Source of the DNA: Candidatus Scalindua sp.
GTDB taxonomy: Bacteria; Planctomycetota; Brocadiia; Brocadiales; Scalinduaceae
Direction of reading: 5' to 3'
Length of the DNA stretch: 32,000 nucleotides
Assembly (NCBI GenBank): GCA_031316235.1
Contig: JALDRA010000001.1
Span: 2,730,001 to 2,762,000, forward strand
Shown piece after piece: positions 9,949-18,654 of this stretch. Under the pieces are notes generated by a model. That model saw only the letters and a list, made by a program, of their open reading frames with translations. It was not told the DNA's origin and did no database searches. The stretch's first letter is position 1. Each line of letters starts with the position of its first letter. The position numbers and the translations under genes are program-made.

Positions 9949-11190
9949 CTATAGCAAGGGCATCTCTTTGCGAACGACGACAATACCGTTGTCTGTTACA
10001 GTTAAATTTTTTGAGTCTTTTTCAAGATCGAAGCCTATGCTCATATTATCAGGAATATGAACTGATTTGTCTATTATGGCTCTTCGTATCTTCACGTTTT
10101 TACCTATCCTGACACTTTCCATGATAATGGAATCAGAAATTTCTGAATACGAGTCAACTCTGACGTCGGGAGATAAAACGCTCCTTTCCACCTTTGCACC
10201 ACTGATGATACAGCCTCCAGAAACGATGGAGTCAAGGATAGTGCCCGTTCGTCCGCCTTCAAATTTCTCATGAAAAACGGTTTTTGCAGGTGGATATTGT
10301 TCGAGATAGGTACGTATCGGCCATTTTTTATCATAGAGATTGAATACAGGTGATACCTGTACAAGGTCCATATTGGACTCCCAATATGCATCCAGGGTAC
10401 CAATATCCCGCCAGTATTCAACATTCTGTGTGTTTTTATCTACAAAAGGATAGGCATATACTCTTTTTGTCCGAATCATATCGGGTATTATGTTCTTGCC
10501 AAAATCGTGAGCCGTTCTCTGTTTAGCATCATTAATTATAGCTTTTACTAATGTGGTTGTATTAAACAGGTATATGCCCATTGAGATGAGTGCGGATTTG
10601 AGATTTGAAGGCATCGGTTTCGGGCTTACAGGTTTTTCCTGAAATCCGATGATCCTGTTATCGTTATCTATCTCGACAACTCCGAATCTGCTTCCATCTT
10701 CCAGGGGAATTTTGACACAAGGTATTGTTATGTCTGCTTCGTTCTGAAGATGCGAATGAACCATGTTCTGGTAATCCATTTTGTAAACATGGTCTCCTCC
10801 AAGGATCAAAACCATTTCCGGTTGCTCTTTCTCAAGGGTGTAGATGTTCTGATATACAGCGTCAGCGGTTCCCAGATACCATTGATCGCTTATCCTTTGC
10901 TGAGGCGGCACCCGCTCAATATACTCTCCCAATTCATCATTGAAAATACTCCACCCGAGCCTCAAGTGCCTGTCGAGGGAAAATGATTTGTATTGTGTCA
11001 AGACAACTATCTTTCGTAATCCTGAGTTCAAGCAATTACTGAGCGCAAAATCTATTATTCTGTAGATACCACCGAATGGTACGGCTGGCTTTGCTCTATT
11101 CATTGTCAGAGGATAAAGTCTTTCTCCTTGTCCGCCAGCCAGGATCATGGTAAGAATTCGCTTTTCTGCTCTTCTGTTTTCTAGTGTCAT
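9949..11190 (-). CDS. glgC: Glucose-1-phosphate adenylyltransferase
   Basis: The N-terminus ILAGGQGERLYPLTMNRAKPAVPFGGIYRIIDFALSNCLNSG is the canonical ADP-glucose pyrophosphorylase signature. The C-terminal half is left-handed beta-helix type. Confidence 0.95.
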   Translation of the reverse strand: MTLENRRAEKRILTMILAGGQGERLYPLTMNRAKPAVPFGGIYRIIDFALSNCLNSGLRKIVVLTQYKSFSLDRHLRLGWSIFNDELGEYIERVPPQQRISDQWYLGTADAVYQNIYTLEKEQPEMVLILGGDHVYKMDYQNMVHSHLQNEADITIPCVKIPLEDGSRFGVVEIDNDNRIIGFQEKPVSPKPMPSNLKSALISMGIYLFNTTTLVKAIINDAKQRTAHDFGKNIIPDMIRTKRVYAYPFVDKNTQNVEYWRDIGTLDAYWESNMDLVQVSPVFNLYDKKWPIRTYLEQYPPAKTVFHEKFEGGRTGTILDSIVSGGCIISGAKVERSVLSPDVRVDSYSEISDSIIMESVRIGKNVKIRRAIIDKSVHIPDNMSIGFDLEKDSKNLTVTDNGIVVVRKEMPLL

Positions 11191-11318
11191 TCTCTCAAAT
11201 CCAATCGTTTTTTGTTATAAGTAAGGGGAGATAGAAATTTCTGTTTTGTATTAATGCAGGGGATATAAAAATATCTGCATATCCTTATTAATTATCTTAC
11301 ATGATGTTCGGTAATATC

Positions 11319-11687
11319 TTAGAAATCTTTGGGTCTGTTTGTTAATAATTCCTTGATTTTATCTTTCAATTCCGACAGATCTGAGGACTTGACAATATAG
11401 GCATCAGCTGCCCATGTCATAAAACTGCTTTTGTAACTCCCATAAGCGGTATTTATTATAATGGGGATCTGTTTGTGTTGGCTCAGTATCTTCCCTATCG
11501 TTTCAATACCATCCATCCGAGGCATGTTAATGTCCAGGATAATCAGATCCGGAGGTTTTTCCTTAACTTTCTCTATGGCGTCTTTCCCATCAAAGGCCGT
11601 TACAATCGTATAGCCTTCACGCTGCAGCTCTTCTTCATAGAGTAGTTGCTGGTTTTTATTATCTTCTACGACAAGAATAGTAGGCAT
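11319..11687 (-). CDS. Stand-alone CheY-like response regulator (receiver domain only)
   Basis: MPTILVVEDNKNQ..., with DLIILDINMPRMDG (phospho-acceptor Asp), NTAYG and VKSSD motifs. The listed ORF start at 11780 would overlap the kinase stop. The ATG at 11687 follows an AAGGAT-like RBS and is preferred. Confidence 0.85.
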   Translation of the reverse strand: MPTILVVEDNKNQQLLYEEELQREGYTIVTAFDGKDAIEKVKEKPPDLIILDINMPRMDGIETIGKILSQHKQIPIIINTAYGSYKSSFMTWAADAYIVKSSDLSELKDKIKELLTNRPKDF

Positions 11688-11734
11688 ACTGATGTATCCT
11701 TTTTTTATAATCGAAAACGGGTGTACAGAAAAAG

Positions 11735-13660
11735 TTAATGTATCGGCAGGAATAACGATATAGTTGTCCCTCTGCCACATTTGCTGTTGACACAGACCTT
11801 ACCACCGTGTTCCTCAATAATCTTGCGGCAGATTGCCAGGCCCACGCCACTACCTTCTGATTTCGTTGTATAAAAGGGGTCAAAAATATTCTGTAATTCT
11901 TCCTCTGACATTCCAGTGCCGGTATCTACAACATCTATCTTTATTGAATCTTCAATCAACGTAATCCTGATTGTGAGATCTCCACCGTCGGGCATCGACT
12001 CAACCGCGTTCATGAGTGTATTAAAAAGCACTTGCGTAATTTGTGATGAGATGGCCAATACGGGTGGGATATCGGGAGCAAATTCCTTGGAGAAGTGTAT
12101 CTTCCTCTCTTTAAAATAGTTCTCCATGAGAGAACAGGTGTTTTCTGCGATGTCACAAATTTGGCTGGCGGCTTTTTTCGGGATTGAGGGTTTACTAAAA
12201 TTGCTAATATTTTTCAGTATATTTTCCAGTCGTATCACTTCGTCCAGGATAATGTTCAGATTCGTTTTAATTTTTGCATCTTCAAAATGAAAACGGGTAA
12301 GAGATCGGGTAAATCCCCCGATTGTTACCAGTGGGTTTCTGATTTCATGGGCAATATATGATGCCATTGAACCTATGGCAGCAAATTTTTCTGCTCGAAT
12401 GAGCCGTTGTTGGGTTGTTGTGAGTTGGGTCACTTTATCTTCCAGTCTTTTACAGGTTTCTGCATTTTCAATAGCTAATGCCGCCTGGGTGGCAAACATT
12501 GTCAGGACATTTACGAGATCGGGAGTAATCGGGACCCGCGTGTAGATATTATCTGCAACAATAACACCTATTGACTCATTTCTTACTATCAGGGGTACAC
12601 AGACAAATTCGTTTACTCCTAATGTGCTTCTGAATTCTTCCGTTATGTGTGGATCATCCGCTGCATTAACAACGAGTATGGGTTTATTTTCTCTCGCGCA
12701 AGTAACAATAACCTCGTTTGTATCCGAAAGCATGTACTCCATCTGCCGTGTCATGTGAGTAAAGGTCTCATCAAAATCGTTGTCATATTCCAGGGAGTCA
12801 AGAATTTCTTCGAGCGAACTATATTTCTTTGATATTTCTCCCCATATACGGATTGCCTCTTCCATGCTTGATGGTCCTACAGCCAATTTCCCTCGAATAA
12901 CCTTCTCTTCTTTATTCACGAGAAAAAGCATTGCCCGGTTAAATCCAAAGGCATGGCCAGTGGTTACACAGGTTAATACGAGACGCAGTAATCTGTCAAG
13001 ATGGAGCGTTCCCTGCATTTTTTCCCCAAGTTTTTGTAATAAGAAGAGCCAGTGTAAAGACTTGTCGCTTTCTGTTACATCCTCCAGATGGACCAGCACA
13101 TTTTCAATAATACCTTTTCTGTTGGTGACAGGAATGGCGATGCGTTGCACGCATAATCGTTTTTTTGCTTTTGTGGTTATCCATGTTTCAAGTACCCGGC
13201 CTTCCTCCCCCCTGAATACCTTAAGCGCCTGGCAGCTATCTATTCCGGTTTCATCACAATGGAAAATATCTTTGCAGCTGCGGCCCAGCGGGGACTCTTT
13301 GAGAGCAAGCCAGTCACCGAGTGTTTTATTGGCCCACACAATTTGCAAATCCTTATCAAGCAGACACAGGCCAGCCTCAATGACGTCCATTATGTCATCA
13401 TTCTTTCGCCTCTCCCTGCCCTTGTGTTTCTGGAGGTTTCTCAGATTCCAGCCTGTTTCGGTGTCTTGAGAAAATCCCCCTTCTGCGGAGTCGCTCTTTT
13501 TTATGCTGCTCTTTAATGATTGACATAGACTGTCCAGTTTTTCTGTTAAGTCTTCATCAAGGACCATTCCCTGAGACCGGCTCAGGATATTTCTCAGGGT
13601 ATCAATCATTTTGAATTGATCGTGTTCCATACATTTATCAGTCACGGTTTCTTCAGTCAT
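11735..13660 (-). CDS. Cytoplasmic PAS-GAF sensor histidine kinase
   Basis: PAS-like segment (DVIEAGLCLLDKDLQIVWANKTLGDWL) and a GAF-like middle region. The H-box is ASYIAHEIRNPL. HATPase N, G1 and G2 boxes are NTLMNAVESMPDGG, DTGTGM and GSGVGLAICRKIIEEHGG. No TM helices seen. Confidence 0.9.
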   Translation of the reverse strand: MTEETVTDKCMEHDQFKMIDTLRNILSRSQGMVLDEDLTEKLDSLCQSLKSSIKKSDSAEGGFSQDTETGWNLRNLQKHKGRERRKNDDIMDVIEAGLCLLDKDLQIVWANKTLGDWLALKESPLGRSCKDIFHCDETGIDSCQALKVFRGEEGRVLETWITTKAKKRLCVQRIAIPVTNRKGIIENVLVHLEDVTESDKSLHWLFLLQKLGEKMQGTLHLDRLLRLVLTCVTTGHAFGFNRAMLFLVNKEEKVIRGKLAVGPSSMEEAIRIWGEISKKYSSLEEILDSLEYDNDFDETFTHMTRQMEYMLSDTNEVIVTCARENKPILVVNAADDPHITEEFRSTLGVNEFVCVPLIVRNESIGVIVADNIYTRVPITPDLVNVLTMFATQAALAIENAETCKRLEDKVTQLTTTQQRLIRAEKFAAIGSMASYIAHEIRNPLVTIGGFTRSLTRFHFEDAKIKTNLNIILDEVIRLENILKNISNFSKPSIPKKAASQICDIAENTCSLMENYFKERKIHFSKEFAPDIPPVLAISSQITQVLFNTLMNAVESMPDGGDLTIRITLIEDSIKIDVVDTGTGMSEEELQNIFDPFYTTKSEGSGVGLAICRKIIEEHGGKVCVNSKCGRGTTISLFLPIH

Positions 13661-13890
13661 TTTGTTTTATTCCGTTATGACGTGGGATCAATCAGTTAAG
13701 AGTCAGGGGAAAAAAGGCCTGGTGTATTTTCCCGAACCCCGAGGGTGTGCCCCTATCTGATTATACCTCTGATCATAACATTTGCAAGCTATTCATACCT
13801 TTCCAAACGGTACCTTTATCGAAATGATACAATGCTGCACACCTTGAGTAAAAAGCAAGTCACTCGTATAAATATTTTTCTGAGCAAGGA

Positions 13891-15438
13891 TTACTGTTGA
13901 GTCTCTTTGGAGGGGTGTGCTATCTTTTGCCAGTAATCATCAAATTTGAAATTTGGACTGTGCTCATTCTCATGGCAGATCGTGCAGCTTTCAGCAGCAA
14001 CGGTTCCATACTCCTTCTCTTGTGACTCTTTGTGGTCGCTTCCTGGTCCATGACAACTTTCACATCCGACATCTTTCATCCTGGGTGTTGATTCTATAGT
14101 TCTGAATCCCGACAGGTAATGCATACCTATTGTGTGACAGAATAAACATTCAGGGTCATCTTGATGGCCTGACTGCAATAAGGTTTCATACGCATGTGCG
14201 TGCTCTGTTTCCTGCCAGTGTGTATAGATTTTATTATGACAGAGGGAGCATACCTCATTTCCCGTAAATGTACGGCCCGAAGGATGAGGTTCTCTATACA
14301 TATTTTTTACGAGCTCCTCATCCTTGAGTCTTTGTTGATAAATCTTTAGTAAACTTTCTATTTCCAATGCATTCTCGTATTTTTCATCCAACGGTATTAT
14401 CTCAGCAGTATTGTCTCTCTGCCTGGTTTCCTCAGGATAGTATTGAGACAAACCGTAATAGTCTTCTTTACCAAGGGATATCTCATAGAGTCTATCTCTC
14501 CCCGCACCTCTCTGGTTCATCCGTAGGCCTGCGACACCCAGATACTTCCCCTTCTCTCCTACCGGTATTACGTAAGTATCGTTCACTTTTTTCATGGTAT
14601 CGATCGGATTATCAATGGAATGCCCTGAAATCACGAGATCAAGTTCCGGAAAGATTTCTGCAAATTCAATAGATTCCTCAACGTCTGCATGAGATAGCAG
14701 GATGAATGCATCTGCCTCATTGCGTAACGCTGCCAGTAAAGGTTTGAGCGACTCAACTGGATCAAGAACCTCAATATCAACAGAGTCGTTATCAACAAGA
14801 TTTGGTGACAAAATACCCAAAATACAAATTGTAAAGACGTTCTTTTCTCCCTTAATTGCCTTAATAATATAGGGTACGATATTTAAATCTTGTTCATTTT
14901 TACTGGTCACGTTGCTGGACAATAGAGCTATATTGTGTATCTGGGAGAGATAGCTGAGTAACTCTAAGCCCATATGAATATCCTTTTCTCCAATATTGTG
15001 GGCAACATAACCCATCTGCCCTAATGCCTTCATGGTTGTCTCCATCTTGATCTCGTTTTGTCGTCCAGCACCACTTGAAAGGTCTCCCAAGCTCAAGGCA
15101 ACAAGATTTTCTCTGGTTTTCCTTAATGCAGAAATCAGCGTATATCGTCTTGGCAGACCTCCGAGTTGCTGCTCTGAGCACCCGCAGGGTTCGAGATACC
15201 CGTTTTCTTCCCCTGAAAATGCTATGTAAAGATGAAGGTGGGAGAGTTCACTCTGTTCATCCTGTTCCCCACTAATGACGTTATGGATTGTATGGGGAAG
15301 TATCAAGGACACAAGAAGGGCCATCGGAATAATACGAAAAAGGAGAGGATACCCTTTAGGGTGAGAAAGGGTATCCTCGCAGCTGGAGGGATTAGTGGAG
15401 AAGGAAATCAGGTTTTTAAAAATAGCCATGCAGTTCAT
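13891..15438 (-). CDS. Fusion protein: degenerate 5'-nucleotidase/metallophosphoesterase-like domain plus C-terminal c554-type tetrahaem cytochrome c
   Basis: Four CXXCH motifs occur in the last ~125 aa (CSLCH, CLFCH, CESCH, CTICH), with c554-family spacing (CLFCHTIG ... GCESCHGPGSDH). The N-terminal ~380 aa resemble the UshA/SoxB-type fold but carry GYLEPCGC, SLGDL and NIGEKD instead of the canonical metal ligands. A hydrophobic N-terminal segment is present. Start codon is uncertain. Confidence 0.75.
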   Translation of the reverse strand: MNCMAIFKNLISFSTNPSSCEDTLSHPKGYPLLFRIIPMALLVSLILPHTIHNVISGEQDEQSELSHLHLYIAFSGEENGYLEPCGCSEQQLGGLPRRYTLISALRKTRENLVALSLGDLSSGAGRQNEIKMETTMKALGQMGYVAHNIGEKDIHMGLELLSYLSQIHNIALLSSNVTSKNEQDLNIVPYIIKAIKGEKNVFTICILGILSPNLVDNDSVDIEVLDPVESLKPLLAALRNEADAFILLSHADVEESIEFAEIFPELDLVISGHSIDNPIDTMKKVNDTYVIPVGEKGKYLGVAGLRMNQRGAGRDRLYEISLGKEDYYGLSQYYPEETRQRDNTAEIIPLDEKYENALEIESLLKIYQQRLKDEELVKNMYREPHPSGRTFTGNEVCSLCHNKIYTHWQETEHAHAYETLLQSGHQDDPECLFCHTIGMHYLSGFRTIESTPRMKDVGCESCHGPGSDHKESQEKEYGTVAAESCTICHENEHSPNFKFDDYWQKIAHPSKETQQ

Positions 15439-15515
15439 TTTTCTGAATGGAGACTTATCTCAATCTTACCAGCGCGCCGCTTGATTCAGAAATGACCAGA
15501 TCAAGGATAATGAGA

Positions 15516-16574
15516 TCAGCTTTCTTTTATTTCGCCGAGTATTGGTATCTGGACTAAGGGCTGTCTTTCGCTATTGGTAGTAAGTTCCAGCATACCGTTT
15601 AATGTGCCAACAGCAGCATTTTTATGGAGTTTTATTTCAATTAAACAGTGTGGATTTTTCTGTTCGTATCTTTCTTTAATTTTTGTGCTGAGAAAATCCG
15701 GAGTGATTTTTGCTCCCAGGATCTTTATATTTTCTTTGTTGATCTTGACAAAGAGTTTCTGGTCCACCTCTCTGCCTTCAACGACATTTCCGTAGTAAAT
15801 TTTTTTCGGGTAGGTGGTAATGTCTCCAACAACTTCACCAAAAAAAGGTACCGTGACCTTCGGCTGCTTTTGACTATTTGTTTCTAAATAGACCCCGCCA
15901 TTAAATCTTCCGATTTTAAAGTTATCTTTTATCGTAACCTGTACTAAAAATCCTTCTTCGTTCTGCTCTTGTATTTTAGCTTTTACAAAAGGTTGAGAGG
16001 TCGTAATCTTTTCTATTGTGAGGTCTAATTCCGTTAACGATGTTACCATAAAAGTTTTGGATAGTTCTTCACCAACATATATGGAGGCGAAGTTGATATT
16101 TTTTGGATTAACAGTGACTTCTTCAATAATTTCTCCTGAGAGGGTTAATTTAAATTGAGGGGTATTTGCATCATTACTGAAAACGGTCAGATCCTTTCTT
16201 ATCCTGCCTCCATATGAACCGGAATTGAAGACAGCTTTAATCTCTCCCTTTTGGCCTGGTTGGATGGTTTTGTCTGAAAGCACGGCAGCGGTACATCCGC
16301 ATGATGTCTTTACTTTGCTGATTTCAAGTACACCATTTCCAAGATTTTCGAACGTATAGATGTGTTCAACATTCTCTCCTTTGAAGATCTTGCCAAAATC
16401 AAAATCTGGATTTTCAAAGGAGATTTGTGGTTGTTTTTCCGGTACCTGAGGCGGAGGGGCTGAATCATGCGAACTGCCGGGCGAAGTCTCAGCTGCAATT
16501 AACTGCTGGTGAAAAAAGAGCTGACCGAAAATAATCAAAAAGGAAAGAAAGATCGGGAACCGGAACTTTTCCAT
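15516..16574 (-). CDS. Secreted DUF1573 domain-containing protein (multi Ig-like domains)
   Basis: Signal peptide MEKFRFPIFLSFLIIFGQLFF. Hallmark DUF1573 motif FENLGNGVLEISKVKTSCGCTAAV. RBS GGTGGAG lies upstream of the ATG at 16574. Probably co-transcribed with the cytochrome fusion 78 nt downstream. Confidence 0.8.
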   Translation of the reverse strand: MEKFRFPIFLSFLIIFGQLFFHQQLIAAETSPGSSHDSAPPPQVPEKQPQISFENPDFDFGKIFKGENVEHIYTFENLGNGVLEISKVKTSCGCTAAVLSDKTIQPGQKGEIKAVFNSGSYGGRIRKDLTVFSNDANTPQFKLTLSGEIIEEVTVNPKNINFASIYVGEELSKTFMVTSLTELDLTIEKITTSQPFVKAKIQEQNEEGFLVQVTIKDNFKIGRFNGGVYLETNSQKQPKVTVPFFGEVVGDITTYPKKIYYGNVVEGREVDQKLFVKINKENIKILGAKITPDFLSTKIKERYEQKNPHCLIEIKLHKNAAVGTLNGMLELTTNSERQPLVQIPILGEIKES

Positions 16575-16950
16575 TTATAATACTCCACCAAGATTAGAAA
16601 GTAGTATAAAAAACGGATAATACCAAGAAACACAAGAAAAAACAACATTATTTACCCTTATGAGTCAAGGCAAAATAGAGTTTTCAGACAGCGGTTAGTA
16701 GAGATTCGTCTCCTGCATCAGACAAAGAGGGCTCGATAATTACTCCTTGCATGCAAAAAGATCTTACGGTAAAATTTCATCTGCCATCTTTACACGATGA
16801 AGACGATAAAGGGCAATACGGTTGAACAGTAAGCAGTTGATTTTCAATTTCATAGTAATCATAAGTTTATGAAAGGGGTTATTTCTTGACGTGGTGAAAA
16901 AATGAGCAAAGACATTTTTCTTGCTATTCCGATACGGGAGGATTACTTAT

Positions 16951-18099
16951 ATGATGGTATACAACGTAATAGTAAAAAAACCTTTATTATTGGTAATTGC
17001 TTTATTACTTGTTGGATGTAATAACTTCAGAATTTCATTTGCCGAATCAGACATTCCGCCGTGGCAGATGTTTCGGCATGATTTCAGACATACTGGACTC
17101 AGTCCTTACAAAGGAGCTCAAGGAGACAATCTGAAATGGTCTTTCAAAACAGATGAAAGAATTACGTCATCAGCGGCAATTGGTCTGGACGGAACGATCT
17201 ATTTCGGTTCTGTAGATGGGAGATTATATGCAGTAACTCCCGGGGGTAAACTCAGATGGAGTTTCAAGACAGGAGATGAGGTTACTTCTTCTCCTGCCAT
17301 AGGAGATGATGGGACGGTTTATTTCGGATCAAGGGATAACAAGTTATATGCTGTAACCCCGGATGGAACTCTCAAGTGGTCATATGAGACAGGTGGTGCA
17401 ATCTTCTCTTCACCTACCATTGGCAGGAACGATATGATTTTCTTTGGATCAGGAGATGGCATCATGTATGCGGTTGATCTCTCAGGCAAGCTGAAATGGA
17501 TCTACAAAAACAGGCTTTACAGCCCGATAAGTTCTTCGCCATCAATAGGCCCGGATGGATCGATTTGTTTCATGGCCAACAAAGGAGTTATTTATGCGTT
17601 GCATCCAGATGGTTCCGAAAAATGGAAACTCAGAATAGGCAGCAATGCATACAGCTCTTTCTCTTCACCGTCAGTAGGTGAAGACGGTACTGTTTATGTT
17701 GGCTCTGAAAATGGGAGAGCGTATGCTATCACTCCACATGGAAAGATCAAGTGGATTGTTAATACAGGAAAGAGTGTCCAATCTTCTCCTGCAATAGGAA
17801 GTGATGGAACTGTATACTTCGGTTCGTACGATAAAAAGGTGTACGCGATAAATGCTGACTGTACGCTTAAGTGGAGCTTTGAAACAAATGGTTGGATAGA
17901 ATCCTCACCAGCGGTGGATCAATCCGGAACCGTCTATATCGGTTCAAGCGATGGAAGTCTCTACGCAATAGATTCCGGTGGAAAACTCAAATGGAGTTAT
18001 CAAACCGATGGTTGGATAGAATCGTCACCCCTGATAGGTGCGGATGGAACCGTCTATTTCGGTTCGAACGATACCCACCTTTATGCAATCGGCAACTGA
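16951..18099 (+). CDS. PQQ-like (BamB-type) beta-propeller repeat lipoprotein
   Basis: About eight ~40-aa blades of the type DGTVYFGSxDxKLYAxxxxGxLKWSxxT. The ATG at 16951 follows GGGAGG (16936-16941). The N-terminus MMVYNVIVKKPLLLVIALLLVGC ends in a lipobox. The listed TTG at 16921 is rejected. Confidence 0.85.
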   Translation: MMVYNVIVKKPLLLVIALLLVGCNNFRISFAESDIPPWQMFRHDFRHTGLSPYKGAQGDNLKWSFKTDERITSSAAIGLDGTIYFGSVDGRLYAVTPGGKLRWSFKTGDEVTSSPAIGDDGTVYFGSRDNKLYAVTPDGTLKWSYETGGAIFSSPTIGRNDMIFFGSGDGIMYAVDLSGKLKWIYKNRLYSPISSSPSIGPDGSICFMANKGVIYALHPDGSEKWKLRIGSNAYSSFSSPSVGEDGTVYVGSENGRAYAITPHGKIKWIVNTGKSVQSSPAIGSDGTVYFGSYDKKVYAINADCTLKWSFETNGWIESSPAVDQSGTVYIGSSDGSLYAIDSGGKLKWSYQTDGWIESSPLIGADGTVYFGSNDTHLYAIGN

Positions 18100-18365
18100 A
18101 TGTTTCTGTAACGCTATTCTATAATAGTATCCGGCAGCAGCACTGAGTAAATTTTCGATTTTATACGAGGAGAAAACCCCTGCCCTCTCAAACGGTAATT
18201 TCTTGTTTTTTTGACTGGGAATTGTATCACTTCGAAGAACGCTCTACCATGATCTTCGGTGAGGTAAGAAAAATGCCCGGGGTCAGTTAATAATTGCGTG
18301 AGAGATCTTCCAGCCAATGAATAGGGTCTTTATACAAAGCGGCAACCTGGGCGACCCGGAGGGAC

Positions 18366-18422
18366 ACATAAAAATTCACCTCTTTTTGGTTACCGCTCTC
18401 CCAGGTTGTGATAAAATTGAGC
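18366..18422 (-). repeat. Copy E: diverged, inverted partial copy of repeat module 2
   Basis: GATAAAATTGAGC (18410-18422) is an exact 13-mer match to the reverse complement of copies A and B. Upstream, CTCTTTTTGGTTACCG matches CTCATAATGGTTTTCG at 11 of 16 positions, and ATTCACCTC matches ACTCATCTC at 7 of 9. Confidence 0.35.
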
Positions 18423-18449
18423 TTGACAATTGGAAGCTGTTACTATAAA
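18423..18449 (+). promoter_or_regulatory. Candidate promoter upstream of the DAHP synthase gene
   Basis: TTGACA (18423-18428) and TATAAA (18444-18449) with a short 15-nt spacer, about 205 nt upstream of the ATG at 18655. Pattern only. Confidence 0.3.
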
Positions 18450-18582
18450 CTCTGACAATTTAAGGGTTTACTTGTAAAGTGAGTCACTCTGTACGAGGAT
18501 ATCAATGTAACTGTTTTGAATTCAGATTAAGAATGGAGGCCCATAGGGACTTTTAGCTTTTACATTGAACTGTTTTGTTGCG

Positions 18583-18613
18583 GCCTTAAGACATCAGGTT
18601 TTAGGGCTTTTTT
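18583..18613 (+). terminator. Terminator-like hairpin with a T-tract inside the aroF leader (possible attenuator or sRNA 3' end)
   Basis: GCCTTAA (18583-18589) pairs with TTAGGGC (18601-18607): 7 bp including one G-U, with an 11-nt loop. It is followed directly by TTTTTT (18608-18613), 42 nt before the ATG. Confidence 0.35.
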
Positions 18614-18654
18614 CATTTCAATGAGGGAAGGAAAAAGTTCCGGGAGATACTAGT

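Noticed and set aside
12780-13469. 229-aa plus-strand ORF, and other 60-140-aa ORFs antisense to the kinase, glgB, glgC, trpS (21869..22477), dapL and the dikinase
   Set aside because: They lie wholly inside strongly supported genes on the opposite strand, have low-complexity Ser/Leu/Pro-rich translations, and carry no start signals. These are typical antisense shadow ORFs.
16579-16620. Possible sixth repeat copy (ATACTCCACCAAGATT resembling ATACCTTCACCAAGATT of module 1, reverse orientation)
   Set aside because: Only a 10-mer is exact, and the matched segment overlaps the Shine-Dalgarno sequence (GGTGGAG) of the DUF1573 gene. Similarity fades immediately outside it, so it may be chance.
17880-18070. 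120-nt periodic DNA repeats (GGTTGGATAGAATC.TCACC and GGAACCGTCTAT.TCGGTTC recurring)
   Set aside because: These are explained by adjacent, recently duplicated blades of the beta-propeller CDS. It is an in-frame coding repeat, not an independent element.
18114-18317. 67-aa minus-strand ORF in the aroF upstream region
   Set aside because: No RBS, no recognisable motif, and it lies in a region better explained as leader or regulatory DNA.
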